A program made the translations under genes and the position numbers. The notes below the pieces were generated by a model. That model did no database searches and was not told where the DNA came from. It was given only the letters and a program-made list of their open reading frames with translations. This document shows positions 59,605 to 64,000 of a DNA stretch of 64,000 bases, piece after piece. Position 1 is the first letter of the stretch; each line of letters begins with the position of its first letter. Where the stretch lies: the NCBI GenBank assembly GCA_965203635.1, contig OZ241903.1, positions 2,290,583 to 2,354,582 on the forward strand. Direction: 5' to 3'. The stretch is from Candidatus Aldehydirespirator sp. (lineage in GTDB: Bacteria; Actinomycetota; Acidimicrobiia; Acidimicrobiales; Aldehydirespiratoraceae).

Positions 59605-62600
59605 TCCGTGTTTCGTAGCGTCTTCTGAGCGCAACCAGGGTGGTCGGGTTTCGGCTGGGTGGGCTTGGCTGGGGTGTGCTGGTGGGGGATCGACGTTGGT
59701 CATGTAGTTCGCGGCGAGGGCATCGGCGAGCAGGCGGCTGTACGTGGTGAGGCTTGGTTGATCCAGTGGCGGGTTGGGGCCACTCGGGGTTCCTGCGAGG
59801 GTTCTGTGCCTGGCCTTGAAGGCTGCGGTCATGGCGTCGTAGCGATCAAGGATGAGGCGCTTCGTGCGGAACTCGCCATGAGCCTCTTCGTCCTTACGCT
59901 GGACGATTGGGAAGGTACTCATGATATAGTCAACATCGTCACGGGTGATAGCGTAGAGGTGGAACATCAGCGCATCTAGCTCGGCTCGAATCAGTGAGCG
60001 GCGTTCGTCATTCCAGCGGAATGGTGGACCGTCATAGCCTAGATCTAGGCCGAATGACTCCATGTCCCAGGCCGTATAGACGAGCTCCAACAGACTGGGT
60101 GTAGCAATGCAGCTATGTATTTCAAGTAGATCCGACGACGGAACTGGAAGCTGCTTCAGGTAACCGTAGGTCAAGTTGTTACCTCCGACCTTTTGTCGGG
60201 CGACGTAGTCGAATGAGAAGGAGCTAAGTGTCGTCAACAGCAGATGATCTGCGTCGGTTACGTAGATCAATGGCTCCGAGTGTCCAACCGAGACTAGCGG
60301 AACAGCCGAAGGTATCATGGTGCGCTCATTCGTCACACTGGTTACGTTATTGAATCCAAGCAGCCATCCCTTTCGGCTGTGATGGCGTGCGGCGACAATG
60401 CGCTGCTGCACCCAACAAAGGGGTATCACTGATCTATTGGGATTGTCCTTGTCCTTACTTGAGAGATAATGCGGTTGGTTTTGGCGATGAACGGCAGTAG
60501 AACTCTTTATGACATCTGCAGCTCGATGATCAAAGAAGTTGACCATCTTTGCTTCATATAGTGGAAGGCACCTAGCTTGCTCATGCCCATTTGTATGAGT
60601 GTCTCGAAGAATAAAATGGTTTCCTTCAAGAATATAGCCTTGAGATTCAAGCTGTTCACGGGTAAGAAAGAGATGAGAATCACTCGACATGTGAAACATG
60701 GCTTGAAACGATACACACCAGGGATTTCCATCGGCAGATGTCTCGTTTAGAAGTACTGGTAGTCTGCGATAGATAGCTCTGGTTATGTCGGCGTCCCGCA
60801 GGGTGCGAAAAATTGGACAGGTCTTGGTGTTGGGATTCAAGAGGCCGAAGTCTTCTGAGTTCAACATGAAGCGTCTATCGTGATCTTCTAGATGTGCAGC
60901 ATCTTGAGCAAAGAAGGAGAAGCTTGCTTGAGAGACAGGAGCCTTGGAGCCTGTCAGTGTCAATAGACAGAACTTCATACGGCTATCGACGGCCGGGAAG
61001 ATCTTCTTGCGGTTCTCAAAATCATAGAGAGATAGCAGCCGTCTGTGCTCGACCAGTTGTCCGAAGAGATGTTTGGTCGTGTCATCCGTGGCGATGCCGG
61101 TCGGCAGTATCGTGCCGATTTGACCGCGCGGGGAGACAGCGTTCGCCATCAACTCCACAAAGACGGCGTAGGTATTGACATCCCCGCGTCCCCCAAGCGG
61201 AAAGCGCTCGGAGTTACGCAATAGCGCACTCGTTCCTTCCGCTTCGCGCAACGCTCGTTCAAATGCGACGCGCAGTCCGGGGTTGTTGGTTTTCAGATCT
61301 TCAATGAGCTGTTTGCGAACAGCCGCAGTCGGCGCGCTAGCGATCGTCGCGTCTTGCTGGGCGAAGAACTCCTTCTCCTGTAGCTTGACACGCTCCCACG
61401 GGGGATTACTGAGAATGACATCGAATCCGCCTGACCAGGCGGTTTGGTCGTTCGCGGCGTCGGCAGGCTCTTCAGGCACGTCGAATACGTCCGGGAAGGT
61501 CAAGTGCAGGTGGATGAACTGGTAACGGTCGGCCACATCCACGACGATGTTGATGGCAGCCGGGTCTGCTGGTGGTGTTGGGGCTGCAACCAGCCCTCGC
61601 GCTTGTCCGACTAAGGACGCGACCTCTTCAGGAGCGAGGCGTTGTATTGCCTTCAGCGTACCTTCGGTAATCGCTGGGGAGTTCGGCTGCTTAGGTACGA
61701 CGAAGGCGGCGCACCATGTGTCGGCCACCAGTTTGGCCTTCATCGCGTTAGCGGTGGCGCGTAGTCGGGCGTACTCAGCCTCCTTGGCGGCGACCTGACC
61801 GGCGGTGTCGTCGGGAGCGGCGTCGATGCGGTTCAGTTCCCCAGCTAGCTGCCTGGTATCGGACGAGGAGGACCAGTCCAAGCCGAAGGAGGGCTGGTTG
61901 GCGTGCTTGCGCTCAGTCTTGTTGCGCTTCCGCAGTGCGCTGGCGTGCTGGCGGTCGTCACCCGTCAGGGGCTTATAGGCGGCGTCGGGAATGCCTGCTG
62001 CCAGCAGTCTGGGAGTGGTTCCTAGGAGGCTGTTGCCGCAGATGATTCGGTGGTCCAGGAAGCTGAGTGGCTTTCCGGGTGTGTTCGACTCGAGCCAGAG
62101 GCTCACCTTGCAGAGTTCCACCGCCATGGGGTTGATGTCGATGCCGTACAGGCAGTTGCCCACGACCTCGCGCAGAGCGGCGCGTGATGCCTCGGGGGAG
62201 GGTTCGGTGCCGCCCTCGCGCATCGACGCCAGCGCGTCGGCTATGCGGTGCGCGGCAGCGATCAGGAAGTGGCCGGAGCCGCAGGCCGGATCAAGCACCT
62301 TCAGGTCGAGCAGCGCCTGTTCGGGCTCGGGCTTCGCCTTCGCCTCCGCGATCACGGGATCGAGGGCCTCGTCGAGGAGCCTTGAGATCAGCTCAGGCGG
62401 TGTGTAGTAGCTGCCGGTCGTCTTGCGCTCGCTGCCCGCCGCCGATCCCAGGCCGAACGAGCGGTCCTCGGGGTCGACGACGGCATGCAACTCCAAGAGC
62501 GACTCGTAGACCGAGCCCAGTTCCTCGGTGCCGAGATTCTGGTAGTCCACGGGACGCAGCAGCCTGGCCTCGTCGTCGTGGACGAACGCCAGATGGCGTA

Positions 62601-63798
62601 CCGCCTCCAGCAGGTGGGCATTGTCGATGCGGGCCGCGGTTAGTTCGGCGACCTCCTCCTGGGACCACAGCAGACTTCCCAGCGATGTGAGGCCGAGCGC
62701 CTCCCGGGCGGCTCGCTGGGGTGACTCGTCCCCGACGTCGAGCGCTGCCATCGTCACGCCCAGCGCCTGCCACAGGTCGCTGTGGGCGCCACCGCGCCGG
62801 GCGCTGGCCAGACGGCACAGCCGCCTCATCGAGTAGAAGCGCTCGTAGCGGTCCTTGGTGTCGGCAGACACGTCGGACGCAAGCAGGAGGCTGCGGGACT
62901 CGGCAACCAGCAGGAACAGCATCCGGTACACGACCCGCAGGAGCTGGCGTTGCAGGTCGACCGCGGTCAGCTCGCTGTTCCGCAAGCGGGCTCGCAGCTC
63001 CGAATTGGCGCTGTGGACTAGCACGCCGTTGCCGAGGCACACGATGGCCTGTTCAACGCCTGAGCGGAGCTTCTCTCGGGCTCGCGTCCCCTGGGCAGCT
63101 GCCTCCTTGTGCCACTGCTCTAGCAGGCAGCGCACCGGAGGGTCGCCCTCGAACCGCGTGCGGTGGCAGCAGAGCCACAGCAACGTGAAGTCCGCGAACG
63201 ACTCCCCGTCGAAGATCGCCATCAGGTCGAACTCCACATAGGCCTGCCGGGTCAGCGACGCGTTGTCGCGCAGCAGGCGCAGCACCCTGCCGTTGGAGAC
63301 GATGCCCCACAAGTGCAGGTCGGAGCTGTTGAGGAACTCCTGCAGCAGCCCGTGCGGAGACGCCTTCGCGGCGCCGGGCAGGCCAGGGGTGCGGCGATCG
63401 ATCGGCGTGCGCCAGCCCATGAGATGCACCGGCACTCGCCCTCGCCATTCGTGGCTGATCGCGTACGTCTTTCCGTCCCTGTCCGGCGCGAGGCTCTGGA
63501 CGGCATCCAAGCCTGCGAAGCCGAGTTCGCTGAGCAACGGCAGCAGCCAGCGCTCCCTGGTGAGCCTCGTAGCACTGTCATCGGTGTCCGGAAGTGCCAG
63601 TTCCTCCCGCTTGAACGCTGTCCACAACGTCGCGAGCCGGTTCCATGAGCGGGTAACCGCGTCGCGAAGCCGTTCGCTCGGCGCGAGTTCGAAGTGGGTC
63701 GGCTTCAGACCGGGGAGCGCCGGGTCGCCGTGGTCGAGGCGTTCGAGGAGTTCTCGGGTCAGCAGTCCCCCGACCGTTGAGATAGCGCCTGCGGTCAC
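59593..63798 (-). CDS. large single-chain N6-adenine DNA methyltransferase, MmeI/PglX-like architecture (Eco57I-type methylase domain)
   Basis: 1401 aa. TGSYYTP, motif [18 protein letters not shown], motif IV SNPPW and the helical-spacer motif [14 protein letters not shown]. The C-terminal ~600 aa include [14 protein letters not shown]. The GTG start overlaps the upstream stop (GTGA). Confidence 0.88.
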   Translation of the reverse strand: MTAGAISTVGGLLTRELLERLDHGDPALPGLKPTHFELAPSERLRDAVTRSWNRLATLWTAFKREELALPDTDDSATRLTRERWLLPLLSELGFAGLDAVQSLAPDRDGKTYAISHEWRGRVPVHLMGWRTPIDRRTPGLPGAAKASPHGLLQEFLNSSDLHLWGIVSNGRVLRLLRDNASLTRQAYVEFDLMAIFDGESFADFTLLWLCCHRTRFEGDPPVRCLLEQWHKEAAAQGTRAREKLRSGVEQAIVCLGNGVLVHSANSELRARLRNSELTAVDLQRQLLRVVYRMLFLLVAESRSLLLASDVSADTKDRYERFYSMRRLCRLASARRGGAHSDLWQALGVTMAALDVGDESPQRAAREALGLTSLGSLLWSQEEVAELTAARIDNAHLLEAVRHLAFVHDDEARLLRPVDYQNLGTEELGSVYESLLELHAVVDPEDRSFGLGSAAGSERKTTGSYYTPPELISRLLDEALDPVIAEAKAKPEPEQALLDLKVLDPACGSGHFLIAAAHRIADALASMREGGTEPSPEASRAALREVVGNCLYGIDINPMAVELCKVSLWLESNTPGKPLSFLDHRIICGNSLLGTTPRLLAAGIPDAAYKPLTGDDRQHASALRKRNKTERKHANQPSFGLDWSSSSDTRQLAGELNRIDAAPDDTAGQVAAKEAEYARLRATANAMKAKLVADTWCAAFVVPKQPNSPAITEGTLKAIQRLAPEEVASLVGQARGLVAAPTPPADPAAINIVVDVADRYQFIHLHLTFPDVFDVPEEPADAANDQTAWSGGFDVILSNPPWERVKLQEKEFFAQQDATIASAPTAAVRKQLIEDLKTNNPGLRVAFERALREAEGTSALLRNSERFPLGGRGDVNTYAVFVELMANAVSPRGQIGTILPTGIATDDTTKHLFGQLVEHRRLLSLYDFENRKKIFPAVDSRMKFCLLTLTGSKAPVSQASFSFFAQDAAHLEDHDRRFMLNSEDFGLLNPNTKTCPIFRTLRDADITRAIYRRLPVLLNETSADGNPWCVSFQAMFHMSSDSHLFLTREQLESQGYILEGNHFILRDTHTNGHEQARCLPLYEAKMVNFFDHRAADVIKSSTAVHRQNQPHYLSSKDKDNPNRSVIPLCWVQQRIVAARHHSRKGWLLGFNNVTSVTNERTMIPSAVPLVSVGHSEPLIYVTDADHLLLTTLSSFSFDYVARQKVGGNNLTYGYLKQLPVPSSDLLEIHSCIATPSLLELVYTAWDMESFGLDLGYDGPPFRWNDERRSLIRAELDALMFHLYAITRDDVDYIMSTFPIVQRKDEEAHGEFRTKRLILDRYDAMTAAFKARHRTLAGTPSGPNPPLDQPSLTTYSRLLADALAANYMTNVDPPPAHPSQAHPAETRPPWLRSEDATKHGSRG

Positions 63799-64000
63799 GA
63801 GGTGCGCGCCTCTGGCAGGAAGTGGTAGATGGCGAGCACGTCCACTGGCAACTGGGCCTCTACAACCACGGCTTTCGGGGCCGAACCGGGCCGCCGGTCG
63901 GCATCGCGAACGCCGCGATGGGCCTCGGCGAGGGCCGTGGCCCGGCTCTCTGCCTCGGCGTGGACCGTCGGCCTCCAGTTCGCATGGTTCTCAAGGATCC
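63795..64000 (-). CDS. 3' end of an unidentified gene translationally coupled to the methyltransferase (5' part outside window)
   Basis: Open frame from the window edge, ..[67 protein letters not shown], ending in a TGA that overlaps the GTG at 63798. Confidence 0.6.
   Translation of the reverse strand, partial: ILENHANWRPTVHAEAESRATALAEAHRGVRDADRRPGSAPKAVVVEAQLPVDVLAIYHFLPEARTS

Noticed and set aside
59593-63798. Naming the methyltransferase PglX (BREX) or DrmMI (DISARM)
   Set aside because: No pglZ, brxC/L, drmA/B/C or helicase gene is visible in the window, and the gene is last in its operon. The architecture is only 'PglX/MmeI-like', and assignment needs the upstream genes.

Overview
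High-GC chromosomal segment, by gene content from an Actinomycetota genome. The Pup-proteasome locus, class F-like sortase, trmI-arc synteny and MenB support this; a guess at Acidimicrobiia is inference only. I call about 52 protein-coding genes from the supplied ORF track, refining starts by reading the sequence. No rRNA, tRNA, CRISPR array, transposase or integrase is detectable.

Gene order:
- 5' end: RNA uracil-methyltransferase (truncated), menB, PfkB kinase, Zn-ADH, hppA, MTHFS, trkA with two trkH, and gltBD.
- Surface cluster: a sortase plus three tandemly duplicated surface-protein paralogs, followed by a 0.8-kb non-coding gap.
- Central metabolism and maintenance: GDPD, pyk, ACAD, SDR, DUF3151-like, mobA, rhodanese, rnd, ClC channel, a tkt-tal-cysD-cysNC block, dacB and a LON-domain protein.
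- tRNA modification: a ThiS-like/TtuA-like/trmI trio, then an S1 protease and a ferredoxin.
- Proteasome locus: arc, a 5-gene Aap-type amino-acid ABC transporter, then dop-pup-prcB-prcA.

Most unusual part: the 3' end, about 57.6-64 kb. A low-GC mosaic cassette carries a 599-aa ORF with an Rx4H (HEPN-like) motif and a chimeric 5' end. It lies convergent with, and overlaps, a 1401-aa MmeI/PglX-like N6-adenine methyltransferase. That methyltransferase is translationally coupled to a further gene running off the window, so this is a candidate uncharacterised defence module.

Other points worth a second look:
- The sortase cluster has non-LPXTG (A/G)A(E/A)TG sorting signals, Asp/Met-rich stalks and fossil sortase 5' ends.
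- A MIRU-like dispersed intergenic repeat family occurs at five loci.
- Two other tandem or hairpin repeat types are present.
- Small relay ORFs have been created by duplicated gene junctions.

All functional calls rest on motif recognition by eye. No database search was run.
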